A stretch of DNA of 62,245 nt, the filler included, from Nemertoderma westbladi (taxonomy: Eukaryota > Animalia > Xenacoelomorpha), in NCBI GenBank assembly GCA_032718475.1. It is 3 parts of 3 records of this genome, joined end to end, with 100 filler letters (N's around TTAATTAATTAA, not from the genome) between each part and the next. Parts side by side here need not be neighbours in the genome. Positions count along the whole stretch, not along the records: positions 38,639 to 62,245 come from JAUCBJ010000667.1; 2 more parts are not named here. One strand, written 5' to 3'. A model generated the notes under the pieces. It saw nothing but the letters and a program-made list of their open reading frames with translations, was not told the origin of the DNA and searched no databases. Shown here piece by piece: positions 47,640-58,473 of the stretch. The position numbers and the translations under genes were made by a program. Each line of letters begins with the position of its first letter. Positions within the stretch are counted from its first letter, which is position 1.

Positions 47640-48006
47640 AGTTGATTAGTATACCGGATACATAACGCTACATGCATGCATGCTACACAGCACTATAATA
47701 CTGTAATATTGCATCGCCAGTATATGGACGGGACAGGTAATCCCTGAGTGGTAAATCAAGCTATAAGCTAACTGAAAGCAAGATCGCAGTATAATAATAA
47801 TAATGATCAACCAACAGTCAACAGAGGAATATCGAATAGCAGAATAACTGACAACAGGATAATCCAATACACAGTACCGTTAGGACAGTAGAGCAACAGG
47901 CCAGATAGATACCCTCAACCAAACTAAACATACTGTACATACAGTAGAGTAAAGTACGGAGCTGGCGCAGTAGAGTTTTCCTTTTTAAGTTTTTATTTTT
48001 TTTATT

Positions 48007-51000
48007 TTATGTTTCATAGTCTCCTGAACGCAACCAATGAGGTGGTTGTCTTTTACGTGGTACACGAGTTGTAACAGTATCCGGTAAATGATAGGTAGTT
48101 TCAGTTTCTGTTTCATCACTAGTACTATCATCAGATGGAATCTCAATGTGAACAGGGTCCAACGATTGAGCAACATTACTCTCTTCTTCATCATCTGTAT
48201 CATCTTCTGGTTCACGTTCAACCACAACACTTTGAGAAGGCCGAGTAATCGGCAATAGACGGTTGATGGGAATTTCATAGGTTTTAGAAGCAAACCGACC
48301 ATTATTGAGCTTCTTAATAACCGCTAAATTCTCGTTATAGATGTCAGTGATAATGTACTGTTCACGAGTAGTAAACTTAGTTCCCTCTGATTTAATGAAT
48401 ACCAAGTCTCCAGGCTTTAGACCATAATTGATTGGGGGTGAACCACCATGAGCCTTTGACTTAGAACTAAAACAATGATTTTGATCACGTAAACCTTGTT
48501 GCAAACTGGTTAATTGTTCGTCACTAAATATCAGCTGTTCACCGGTATGCTGATCTCGCTGAAGAAAAACTTCTTTTGATGATAATCCTCGGTTACGGAT
48601 TCGTGAATTGAGTGAGTTAGTAGCCAAAGCTAAATTGACTGCAGATATAGGTCCACCTGATGGGCATAACCGCAAAAATTCAATCTCAATTTCCTGGATG
48701 ATTTTGTCAACAATACAGTTTTTATTTGCATTTTTAATAGGCCCAGGATCAATAGTTATATTGTAACGCAATAGCAGTTGATCTGATTTTAAGCCCTGAA
48801 ATCCAGGTCCACAATCTACTCGTACTACAGATACTTGACTAAGTTTTAATGGAGTGAGAAGTAGCATCAAGGCGTCACGTAAGGTAGCAGCAGTTTCATC
48901 TAAAATTAATTGTGTAGCAGTGTATAATGAAGAATTATCGCAAAGGACAAAAATTTTCTGTTTCTCTCTCCGAATAACATTAGCCGAAAATGCAACTCCT
49001 GGTGAAACCGATGGTTGAAACAATGATTGCTCAAACACCTCATTAGGAAGAACCTTCATGGATATACATTGAGGACAATCTTCTGTTACAGCTTCCATGA
49101 TTGTGGAGGATTTGATCGCCCAAAAATAGCGGTTGAAAACTTTCATGAGTTGCCATTTCGATGGATGCTGAAACTGTATATGTAGTGCAGTAAGAATACC
49201 TGGAAGGATTGCTGTAGGAACAATGATTAAATCTCGACCTGGCAGAAATGGGTCATCGCGGCAAACGACAAGTAAACCATTACTAATTGAAGCAACTCGA
49301 AGATATTGGCGCAATTCACGAGCCTTCTTAGTTTTCTTAGGAGGACGTGTTCCTTGAGTGAGATGTGAATAGACTCTGCGCAATACTGCGCAATCATGTT
49401 GTGCCGATTTCCAGCCAGAAGGGTTTAGATAAGGCATTCGAGCCATGCCTGTTAGGACATCACTAATAGAAACGGAATTAATTACAGATGATGCCAAGCT
49501 ATCAACAAAGGAGCAAATTTGGCATAATGACGAGTCCAAACATTCTTGAGGATGACGAGAACTGTAATCACTAGTATTGTTTTCAGATCCCTTCAAGTGC
49601 GAAAGTGTAACATTATGAGCACTGAGTGTTGATAGAAAGGTTGAAATGCGGGCAGATGCTGAAAATCGGCCCTTGCATAAGTTCTGATACGCTAAAACAC
49701 AAGGACGACTATCTGTGAGAATTTGTGTTGGATGAGAGCTTTCCTTAATGTATGGTGCGAAATGTTTAATTGCTGCTGAGATAGCCAGAGCTTCATGTTC
49801 ACATGGCAACCAGGTTACATGATGATCTTTCATTTTGAAACTGTAGAAACCCCCTAACAAACGTTTATCTCCACGAGAAATGTAGAGTGTTGCACCCAAA
49901 CCTTGATTCAAAGGTGAAGCATCCACAGTAATAATGAGCTGATCTTCTGGTGTTGGAATAGTTATTACATAAGGTGATCTTAGCGAATTTTGAACAGTTT
50001 CAAAATGTTTCAAGAGCTCAGGTGACCACACAATTAGACTACGACCCTCAAGTTTCTTAATGGCATTTTCTAATGGAGCTAATAAAGAGGAATATCGTGG
50101 AATACAACGGGAGAGATCCTTATAAGCTCCTAGAAATGACCTCATTTCACTGCATGTCTTAGGCGGAGTTGCAGAAAGTAGTGGATTGAGTTTGTGAGAA
50201 GTGATTGTCAATGTCCCAGAAGACCACTTCCAACCTAGTATCACAGCTTCTCTAGGAGATACAATTGTTTTAGCACCAGAAAGTTTCAGGTTATTGTTGG
50301 ATAAACGTTCCAGAACAATAGACCACATTTCGAGCAAATGATCAAAAATATCATTTAATGGAGTGAGAAGTAGCATCAAGGCGTCACGTAAGGTAGCAGC
50401 AGTTTCATCTAAAATTAATTGTGTAGCAGTGTATAATGAAGAATTATCGCAAAGGACAAAAATTTTCTGTTTCTCTCTCCGAATAACATTAGCCGAAAAT
50501 GCAACTCCTGGTGAAACCGATGGTTGAAACAATGATTGCTCAAACACCTCATTAGGAAGAACCTTCATGGATATACATTGAGGACAATCTTCTGTTACAG
50601 CTTCCATGATTGTGGAGGATTTGATCGCCCAAAAATAGCGGTTGAAAACTTTCATGAGTTGCCATTTCGATGGATGCTGAAACTGTATATGTAGTGCAGT
50701 AAGAATACCTGGAAGGATTGCTGTAGGAACAATGATTAAATCTCGACCTGGCAGAAATGGGTCATCGCGGCAAACGACAAGTAAACCATTACTAATTGAA
50801 GCAACTCGAAGATATTGGCGCAATTCACGAGCCTTCTTAGTTTTCTTAGGAGGACGTGTTCCTTGAGTGAGATGTGAATAGACTCTGCGCAATACTGCGC
50901 AATCATGTTGTGCCGATTTCCAGCCAGAAGGGTTTAGATAAGGCATTCGAGCCATGCCTGTTAGGACATCACTAATAGAAACGGAATTAATTACAGATGA

Positions 51001-52161
51001 TGCCAAGCTATCAACAAAGGAGCAAATTTGGCATAATGACGAGTCCAAACATTCTTGAGGATGACGAGAACTGTAATCACTAGTATTGTTTTCAGATCCC
51101 TTCAAGTGCGAAAGTGTAACATTATGAGCACTGAGTGTTGATAGAAAGGTTGAAATGCGGGCAGATGCTGAAAATCGGCCCTTGCATAAGTTCTGATACG
51201 CTAAAACACAAGGACGACTATCTGTGAGAATTTGTGTTGGATGAGAGCTTTCCTTAATGTATGGTGCGAAATGTTTAATTGCTGCTGAGATAGCCAGAGC
51301 TTCATGTTCACATGGCAACCAGGTTACATGATGATCTTTCATTTTGAAACTGTAGAAACCCCCTAACAAACGTTTATCTCCACGAGAAATGTAGAGTGTT
51401 GCACCCAAACCTTGATTCAAAGGTGAAGCATCCACAGTAATAATGAGCTGATCTTCTGGTGTTGGAATAGTTATTACATAAGGTGATCTTAGCGAATTTT
51501 GAACAGTTTCAAAATGTTTCAAGAGCTCAGGTGACCACACAATTAGACTACGACCCTCAAGTTTCTTAATGGCATTTTCTAATGGAGCTAATAAAGAGGA
51601 ATATCGTGGAATACAACGGGAGAGATCCTTATAAGCTCCTAGAAATGACCTCATTTCACTGCATGTCTTAGGCGGAGTTGCAGAAAGTAGTGGATTGAGT
51701 TTGTGAGAAGTGATTGTCAATGTCCCAGAAGACCACTTCCAACCTAGTATCACAGCTTCTCTAGGAGATACAATTGTTTTAGCACCAGAAAGTTTCAGGT
51801 TATTGTTGGATAAACGTTCCAGAACAATAGACCACATTTCGAGCAAATGATCAAAAGTATTGCCTCCAATATAAAGATCATCTGCAACCTTGTCAACATA
51901 GCCATTCTGAATCAGATCTCCAAGAACTCGAGAAGTCAATTCTTCAAGCCACTCAGAAGACCCTGGCATGCCCATGGCACATCGAGTGTAAACACGAAGA
52001 CCTTTGAAAGGTGTAACTGTGCCAAGATATGGAATCGAACGTTTATCAACTTTAATTTGAAAGAAAGCTTTCGTGAGGTCGGTGATAATAAGAAATTTCC
52101 ATGACGAAATCCTGCGGAGAACATCATCACACCTCGTAGATTTGGATGGAAGTATCCGCAC
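48007..52161 (-). CDS. pol: Pol polyprotein part: RT, duplicated RNase H/IN zinc finger, integrase
   Basis: ITDLTKAFFQI, MGMPGS, KVADDLYIGG (RT); VDAS...CEHEALAI...LTDSRP...N..SDY.SR (RNase H, twice); H..H...CPQC and RVDCGPGF (IN). Confidence 0.9.
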   Translation of the reverse strand: MRILPSKSTRCDDVLRRISSWKFLIITDLTKAFFQIKVDKRSIPYLGTVTPFKGLRVYTRCAMGMPGSSEWLEELTSRVLGDLIQNGYVDKVADDLYIGGNTFDHLLEMWSIVLERLSNNNLKLSGAKTIVSPREAVILGWKWSSGTLTITSHKLNPLLSATPPKTCSEMRSFLGAYKDLSRCIPRYSSLLAPLENAIKKLEGRSLIVWSPELLKHFETVQNSLRSPYVITIPTPEDQLIITVDASPLNQGLGATLYISRGDKRLLGGFYSFKMKDHHVTWLPCEHEALAISAAIKHFAPYIKESSHPTQILTDSRPCVLAYQNLCKGRFSASARISTFLSTLSAHNVTLSHLKGSENNTSDYSSRHPQECLDSSLCQICSFVDSLASSVINSVSISDVLTGMARMPYLNPSGWKSAQHDCAVLRRVYSHLTQGTRPPKKTKKARELRQYLRVASISNGLLVVCRDDPFLPGRDLIIVPTAILPGILTALHIQFQHPSKWQLMKVFNRYFWAIKSSTIMEAVTEDCPQCISMKVLPNEVFEQSLFQPSVSPGVAFSANVIRREKQKIFVLCDNSSLYTATQLILDETAATLRDALMLLLTPLNDIFDHLLEMWSIVLERLSNNNLKLSGAKTIVSPREAVILGWKWSSGTLTITSHKLNPLLSATPPKTCSEMRSFLGAYKDLSRCIPRYSSLLAPLENAIKKLEGRSLIVWSPELLKHFETVQNSLRSPYVITIPTPEDQLIITVDASPLNQGLGATLYISRGDKRLLGGFYSFKMKDHHVTWLPCEHEALAISAAIKHFAPYIKESSHPTQILTDSRPCVLAYQNLCKGRFSASARISTFLSTLSAHNVTLSHLKGSENNTSDYSSRHPQECLDSSLCQICSFVDSLASSVINSVSISDVLTGMARMPYLNPSGWKSAQHDCAVLRRVYSHLTQGTRPPKKTKKARELRQYLRVASISNGLLVVCRDDPFLPGRDLIIVPTAILPGILTALHIQFQHPSKWQLMKVFNRYFWAIKSSTIMEAVTEDCPQCISMKVLPNEVFEQSLFQPSVSPGVAFSANVIRREKQKIFVLCDNSSLYTATQLILDETAATLRDALMLLLTPLKLSQVSVVRVDCGPGFQGLKSDQLLLRYNITIDPGPIKNANKNCIVDKIIQEIEIEFLRLCPSGGPISAVNLALATNSLNSRIRNRGLSSKEVFLQRDQHTGEQLIFSDEQLTSLQQGLRDQNHCFSSKSKAHGGSPPINYGLKPGDLVFIKSEGTKFTTREQYIITDIYNENLAVIKKLNNGRFASKTYEIPINRLLPITRPSQSVVVEREPEDDTDDEEESNVAQSLDPVHIEIPSDDSTSDETETETTYHLPDTVTTRVPRKRQPPHWLRSGDYET
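48845..51856. repeat. Tandem duplication inside pol (1503-bp copies, 1509-bp period)
   Basis: 48845-50347 and 50354-51856 look identical, separated by ATATCA; the reading frame is kept. Confidence 0.95.
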
Positions 52162-53143
52162 ATATCGACTAATTTCATTAAATGCGGTAACTAAGCGATG
52201 ACCATCTGGTGGTTTTTTTTACAAGGAAGCTAGGTGAGGCATAAAGAACTTCAACTCCCACATCCTTTGGCTTCTGAAGCACTCCAAGAGCTTCTAGTTT
52301 GTCAGCTTCAGCCTGAAGCAGAGATAAATTTGAACGATTATAAAATGGGATAGAACCCTTTCGAGGTGGAGGCAGGACTGGGCCAATGTTAACAGTAGCA
52401 CGGATAACACCACTTTTGTCGTTATATGACTGGATTTTTGGATCAAATACATGATCATAGTATAAATGAAGATTGATTAATTTCTGTCGCTGCTGTGGGT
52501 TTAGTAATTCATGAGGATCAAGGGTTACAGAATTGGAGAATGGAGTAGTGATAGTATGAGTTTTATGGTTAGCTATGCTCACATTCGGTTGAATAATTAG
52601 CTCATTAGTAATGTTTGGAGTTGTAGTAAGTCTATATAGATAACCCAGATGTTGGTTACGAGGTATAGAAATGATATTATCAGATGTATTAATTATTCGA
52701 ATAGAATTTTGTATTATACGGGAAACAGATACATCATTAATTGGAGAATGAATGTCTGGCTGCAAAAGGACTTCGACATCATTAAGATACGAAAGAGTGT
52801 CACTACAAACTTGGAGGAACTGACCAGGGTATAGTGTTGTTTGTTCCTTATTACGTAATAACATGGGTTGGGAACATTGAATGTCAGAGTCAGGGCATTT
52901 AGAGCCATAGGATATAATAGTATCACCAATATTAATCTCTTGTGCAAGCAGGGATACCTCTATTTTATTGCAACAACAAAATGGCACACCACCCAGAATG
53001 TCTTGATTTGGTCCCATTGTATCAGTAACGAGAGCCTCTAGTTTAAGTACAATATTACCAAAAAATAATTCAACATTGACTTCACCAACAATATTTAATT
53101 GACCAGCGACTTGACTAGCAGATTGTGCCGATTTCATTATTGG

Positions 53144-54048
53144 CCAGGTTGGAATTCATGCTGCAAAACTCGGACGCGTACCTGCGCGAATGACCGCAAA
53201 CCAGATGCGCGTTGCGCATTTGGGTGAGACAGGTGCGCGTTCGGGTGTGAGACAGGTGCGCGTTGCGCCTCAGCGCGCAGCTCTGCCTCTGATGCGCACC
53301 ACAAATTAATTGAAATCACGAAAATACACAAAAAAATTTCGCTCGCTGCGCTCGCATTAGTTTCTCATTTCCAATTCTTCAAACAGTCAAATCACTTCAT
53401 CATAATACTGTAATACCGGCAACCGGGGCTGAATTTGTCTATTTATTTTAACTACAGTACTCTATTGTTGTATTGTTATTAGGTCTATGCTATGCCGATG
53501 TTACGTTAGTAAACAGGTAAAGTCAGAAAGTAATAACAATGTATTATAAGTATGACTTAATTATAAGCCAACTGTATGTTTAAGCCTAATTGTTAGGTAG
53601 GCCTATACAAAGTATTATTGGCAGACTGGTACCTATTTCAATATTCGTTTTTTTGAAATTACCGGTACATGTTTTGTTTGTAATCTAAAATAATATTTTC
53701 TGTTATAAAAGCAGTGAGCCCGATGGGCCACCATAGTAGTGGATTAAAAAAATATTTTTTAATATTAACAATTTTGATGTTGCAAAAATTACATTTATTA
53801 TGTAAGCCTAGATTCAACGTACAGACAGACAGACGTAAAGATAAGCTTAAAACGCTCAAACTTGTAAAATAGGAATGTAAAATTGTTTTTATGAACTGTG
53901 CGATTTTTTGAGATATGCATGACATGAGCTGCGCGATTTTGTTTGGATTATGACATATGATGAGGTGCGCGACGAGCCAATTTCAGGTGCGCGGTGATTT
54001 CAAAACAACAAAGCGTACCTGCGCGCTCATGCATGAATTCCAACCTGG
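53144..54048. mobile_element. 905-bp non-autonomous DNA transposon (hAT-like, 8-bp TSD) inserted in the Gypsy protease
   Basis: 18-bp TIR CCAGGTTGGAATTCATGC / GCATGAATTCCAACCTGG; TSD ATTATTGG at 53136-53143 and 54049-54056; subterminal (C)AGGTGCGCG repeats; removal restores GMPIMKSAQS in frame. Confidence 0.92.
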
Positions 54049-54835
54049 ATTATTGGCATCCCAGCTAATGTTGCTAATGACAGAGAAACTAAATTGCCAG
54101 TCGCCCCTGTATCAATTATGATCTTACATGCTGTGGATTTGTAAAAACAGAAAAAGAATGGTGAAGGCATACACTGGACACGATTCATTGAAATAGCATA
54201 CACAGAGGGATCGTCTTCATTCTGACTTATTTCAGGAGCTGCATCAGCAGAATCCTCCAAATCAATTTCAACATTAAAAGACCGTGCTATTTGAGACTTT
54301 TCAAATTTCGAAATGTACCAGCAATTAGCAATATCATGGCTAGTAAATGGACGTCCAGATGATTTACATAAAACACAACATTTATTTGAATGGCTTGCAA
54401 CACTGTTAGAAAATTTATTGGGGCGATGATTGAATGCAGTAACACCTACTAACCTTTTTTGACGTGAATTTGAAGTTCGGGTGAAGTTGACCTGTAAATC
54501 TTCCTAAACATTGATTTCAGCAAGAAGTGAATCCATTGATTCAACTATCTGTGGCTGTAGATCTTTGAGAGTTTTCGATTGTAGATCATGAGCGAATACT
54601 CGTGAAACATGAAGTGGCAAACGTTTGTCAACGAGCTGAAGCCAAATGTAGACTGCGAGACGCTCAACGGTAGGCGAAATTTCTTCATCATGCTGTGGAG
54701 GAGATCCATCGTGAAGTAATTGAGAGTCTACAGTTAACAGATTGTCTTCAAGGTGAGCACATATTCGTTGAAATAAAGTTTCGTAGCGCTCCCCTTGTTC
54801 CCGTTTTACATTAGCGAGCTTGAGGAAGTTGACTT

Positions 54836-55042
54836 CATCGTGTCTGCACGGTACCTCACATAGCGCCCCATTTGGAGATCTCCAGTGAACTTTTGGATTT
54901 GACCTGACCAAATTGGTTTACTACGGAAGATCCGCAGTGGGCACACCTGGGCAGGTGTGGGCCACTCGGAATCCGACGAGGCGGCGCACATATTGACATT
55001 TGGCGTATGTACATTTCTTACAGTAGGGCGCCACTGGGTTAA
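54836..55042 (-). mobile_element. Possible piggyBac-like terminal fragment truncating the Gypsy gag
   Basis: Minus strand TTAA|CCCAGTGGCGCCC at 55042; no partner end found. Confidence 0.3.
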
Positions 55043-55467
55043 GAGTTTTTACGGTATACTTAATATGAAAGCATGAAGAAGAAGGTGTTGGCCTGAAAAA
55101 TAAATCTGAAAAAATAAAACTGGAAAATAAATAGATAAAGTTACCCCTTGTCTCTCTCAAGTTGATCTGGATTGGGGCAATGTGAACACTCCTGCAATAA
55201 TTCAGGTGGTTTGATGAGACTGCTTAGGGGTGGATGGGGTGGGGGGGGGGGGGGGGGGCAGCTTCAAGTCTTGTGAATAGTGTAGTCTTGGTTAACTTTT
55301 TAATTATACTGTATTCATCCCTATTATTATATTATTCCTATTTGTATTCCTGGCTGCCTAATCGTTTATCGCTTGTTTAAATCTAGTTATAATATTTATT
55401 ATTATTTTTAGTTATTTCTGTGTAGTTAAATTATAGTATTGGCTTAGTTTAATATGAAACTTACTAT

Positions 55468-58400
55468 TTATAGATCTTTGATGAGGTTTCTGTATCCCTT
55501 CTTATCTTGAGCAAATTGAACAGCTTCATTGAGGTTTATACCTGTAGGTGCGAAGTCCCTCTGAACAGTTTGAGAGAAGGTGGTAGCTGGCCTCCCTCTT
55601 TTCTTCCTTTTCTCTGATGGCATCTTCAGGTTGAGTGCAATCCGGGGAAGTCGTTTGGCTGGCATTCTCGCTACATGCCCAAACCATCGTAGCCTTCTCC
55701 TTCGTAGCATCTCTGAAAGTGGCCGAAGTTGGGCTCGGTGGTAGAGTTGTTGCGTGGAGAAGTTGTCAAACTGGTGGTGTTTGAGAAGAGGACGGAGTAA
55801 CCGCCTGTCTGCAGAGTCTAGCCTCTTCTCTACTGACTCGGAGAGTGGTATCGTTTCTAGTCCATATAGCATTACGGTTCTTACCATAGTTTTAAATACT
55901 TGTACCTTTATAGCAGGACGGATGTTTTTGTCTTTCCATATTTTACGTAGGGCGTGATAGTTTCCAGTTGCCTTTGAGATCCTATGCTTGACTGCGGGTA
56001 GGGGGTTGTTTTTATTAGTGATGTGACTGCCTAGGAATGAAATTGCATTGACTTCTTTGATCGGTTTGTCGTGTACTGTTAGAGCATTGTTTACGTTTTG
56101 GTCTACAGGGATTTTCAGTAGTTCTGATTTCTTTGGATTAATGCGTAAACCTATACGTTCTCCTTCGATGGAAATGTAAGTCAGATGTTTTTGTGAGGCT
56201 TCTATGGTGGTGTGTAGTAGGTTGCAGTCATCTGCAAAATCGATGTCTCCGACAGTTGTTTCCTCTTCCTGATCCTCAATTGCTAGTGTGACTCCACGTT
56301 GTGTGTTGTTCTTTAGGAGTTCTTTGTCTGCGAGGTTGAGAACGAAATCTGCGATCAGGTCAAAGAATATGGGGCTGAGTAGACAACCTTGTCGCATCCC
56401 CTGGGTTACTAGAAAGTAGTTGGTTACTTCGCCATTTACTCTGACCTTTGCTTGGTCTGAGTCGTAAATACTTAGTAGAATGTTGATGATTCTTTCCGGG
56501 AAGCCGTAATTTCTGAGTATTGCGAACATAGATGGTCGGTGGACAGAATCGAAGGCTTTGGAGAAGTCGATGCATGTTACATAGAGGGGAATGCCGTAGG
56601 TGAGATGGTGTTGAATCACTTGGCGAAGGACGAATATGTTGTCTATGCAGCCTCTGCCGGAGCGGAAACCCGCTTGGTTTTCTCGGAGTTGTTCCTCACA
56701 TGCCTGTTTAATGCGATTTAGAATTATGTAGGTGAATACCTTGAAGGGAATAGACAGCAGCGAGATTCCTCTTGTGTTCGTACATTCCTTTGGGTCTCCT
56801 TGTTTCGGGATGAGGGTAATAACTCTTTTTCCCCAGTCCTTTGGTGTTTTGTGTCTGGTCCATATTCTGTTAAAAAGCTCTATAAGCTTATGCTTCATGA
56901 GTGGGGTAATTGATTTAAGTTCCTCCGCTGTGATGTTGTCTGGTCCAGGGGATTTTCTGTTTTTTAGTCTCACAATTGCCAACTTGAGTTCTTCTGACGT
57001 TATTGGATCTTCGTTTATGTTTAGTTCAGCCGAGGGGTCTGGTAGAGAGTCTAGGGGGTTTGGGGGGTCTGGTGGGTTCAGCAGTTCGTGGTAGAATTCT
57101 TCCCATCTTTGCATTTGTTGGTCAATATCCGTTAGTAGATTGCCATCTTTGTCTTTTATTTCCCTGAATATAGGTTGGAATTTATTAGAAAGTGCTTTTA
57201 TGTTTTTATAGAATATATGTATGTTATTGGATTCAAAGGCTTGATCGGCTGCTTCAGTGTATTGGAGAATATCTTTTTGTTTTTCTATTTGACATCGCCT
57301 ATGAATTTCCCTTTTTAGATACTGTATGGTGGATTGGTGTCTGATATCATTTCTTCTGGTTTGTTCTCTTATTACTTTCTTTCGTTTATGTATCAGATTC
57401 ATGGTTTCCGGTTCTAAGGGACGTTTTCTTTTGGCGATTCTCTTGGGAATTGTCTGATTGGCAGATTGGAAGGCATTTGAGATTTCTGTCCAGATTTGAT
57501 CCACCTTTCTTTGGGGTGATGGTGATTCCATTTCTGAGTCACCACACGGGGTGTAAGTGGTGTCGATTTCAAGACATGTATCCATCGCTGTTTCGAAATT
57601 GTTCCTGTCCTGTACCGATGATGCCAAGAGTGATACTTCTTTCTTAGAGGATGGTATGTTCTGAACATCCCAATGTCGGATTCTGTATTGGATTGTCGCC
57701 ATGACGAGGAGGTGGTCCGATTCATGGGAGGTGTCTGGGAATGAACAGACATTTTGAAAGTCTCCAAGTTTCTTATGAGGTACCAGGAATAAGTCTATTA
57801 CAGATTTACCTGAGAGAGAATTGTTGGGGTGGGTTTGTGTTTGGGGTGGGAGTTGAAATGTAATTTTGTGAAGGATGTTTTTATGTCTGAAGAATGTATT
57901 CGCTATTGTTAGATTGTAAGCCTGGCAGAAGTCCAGTAGTATTTTTCCATTTCGATTGATGTCTGTCAGATTGTATGGCCCAATAACGTTGTGGCTTATT
58001 TGCTGCGCGGTTTTCCTCGTTCCCACGTGTCCGTTTAAATCTCCCAATATTATAAAATTTCCTTTACTCCGTGCAAGTACAATTTGAGTATGTAGATTAT
58101 CCAAAAAGTTGGTATATTCTTCTTCTGGTTTCCCGGAGTCCGGCGCATATACGTTGATCAGTGTTAAAGAGCCAGTCCAGGTGTTAATTCTAAGAGTCAT
58201 CATACTAGGTGAGAGTAGTTGGTATCCAAGGATTGTAGTTGCTACTTTGTGACGTACTATGAAGGCTACTCCCTGTCTGTGACGTGTGTCGTTCACTGGT
58301 GGGCCTGAGTATATAACTTTATATCCTTGTGAGGAAAACTCACCACTTCCTGGGTAGAACGTTTCTTGGATAGCAAGTACATCTATTTTTCTTGCTATAA

Positions 58401-58473
58401 CATCTTGAATGACTAATTCGAGTCGTTTGGGGTTGAATATCGATTGCACATTCCAAGTCGCTATATTAGGCAT
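55468..58473 (-). CDS. Intact RTE-clade non-LTR retrotransposon ORF (APE endonuclease + reverse transcriptase), 1001 aa
   Basis: IATWNVQS, IQET, NVYAP, GDLNG, IDLF, SDH (APE); KSPGPD, QAGFRSGRGC, IDFSKAFDSV, GMRQGCLLSP, DFADD (RT); RRLRWFGHVARM...RGRP C-terminus typical of RTE. Confidence 0.95.
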   Translation of the reverse strand: MPNIATWNVQSIFNPKRLELVIQDVIARKIDVLAIQETFYPGSGEFSSQGYKVIYSGPPVNDTRHRQGVAFIVRHKVATTILGYQLLSPSMMTLRINTWTGSLTLINVYAPDSGKPEEEYTNFLDNLHTQIVLARSKGNFIILGDLNGHVGTRKTAQQISHNVIGPYNLTDINRNGKILLDFCQAYNLTIANTFFRHKNILHKITFQLPPQTQTHPNNSLSGKSVIDLFLVPHKKLGDFQNVCSFPDTSHESDHLLVMATIQYRIRHWDVQNIPSSKKEVSLLASSVQDRNNFETAMDTCLEIDTTYTPCGDSEMESPSPQRKVDQIWTEISNAFQSANQTIPKRIAKRKRPLEPETMNLIHKRKKVIREQTRRNDIRHQSTIQYLKREIHRRCQIEKQKDILQYTEAADQAFESNNIHIFYKNIKALSNKFQPIFREIKDKDGNLLTDIDQQMQRWEEFYHELLNPPDPPNPLDSLPDPSAELNINEDPITSEELKLAIVRLKNRKSPGPDNITAEELKSITPLMKHKLIELFNRIWTRHKTPKDWGKRVITLIPKQGDPKECTNTRGISLLSIPFKVFTYIILNRIKQACEEQLRENQAGFRSGRGCIDNIFVLRQVIQHHLTYGIPLYVTCIDFSKAFDSVHRPSMFAILRNYGFPERIINILLSIYDSDQAKVRVNGEVTNYFLVTQGMRQGCLLSPIFFDLIADFVLNLADKELLKNNTQRGVTLAIEDQEEETTVGDIDFADDCNLLHTTIEASQKHLTYISIEGERIGLRINPKKSELLKIPVDQNVNNALTVHDKPIKEVNAISFLGSHITNKNNPLPAVKHRISKATGNYHALRKIWKDKNIRPAIKVQVFKTMVRTVMLYGLETIPLSESVEKRLDSADRRLLRPLLKHHQFDNFSTQQLYHRAQLRPLSEMLRRRRLRWFGHVARMPAKRLPRIALNLKMPSEKRKKRGRPATTFSQTVQRDFAPTGINLNEAVQFAQDKKGYRNLIKDL

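Larger units (their letters stand above)
47640..54835 (-). mobile_element. Gypsy-like LTR retrotransposon (gag-PR-RT-RH-IN), 5'-truncated and disrupted
   Basis: Gag (HDG...DEEISPTVERL, in-frame TAG at 54504, CVLC...H...C knuckle); protease IIDTGATGNLV; +1 frameshift in an A8 run at 52213-52220; Gypsy domain order; PPT-like AAAAAGGAAAA after the stop. Confidence 0.88.

Noticed and set aside
52213-52220. Programmed ribosomal frameshift at the A8 run
   Set aside because: It falls within the start of the RT domain, not at a gag/pol boundary; more likely a homopolymer indel or sequencing error.
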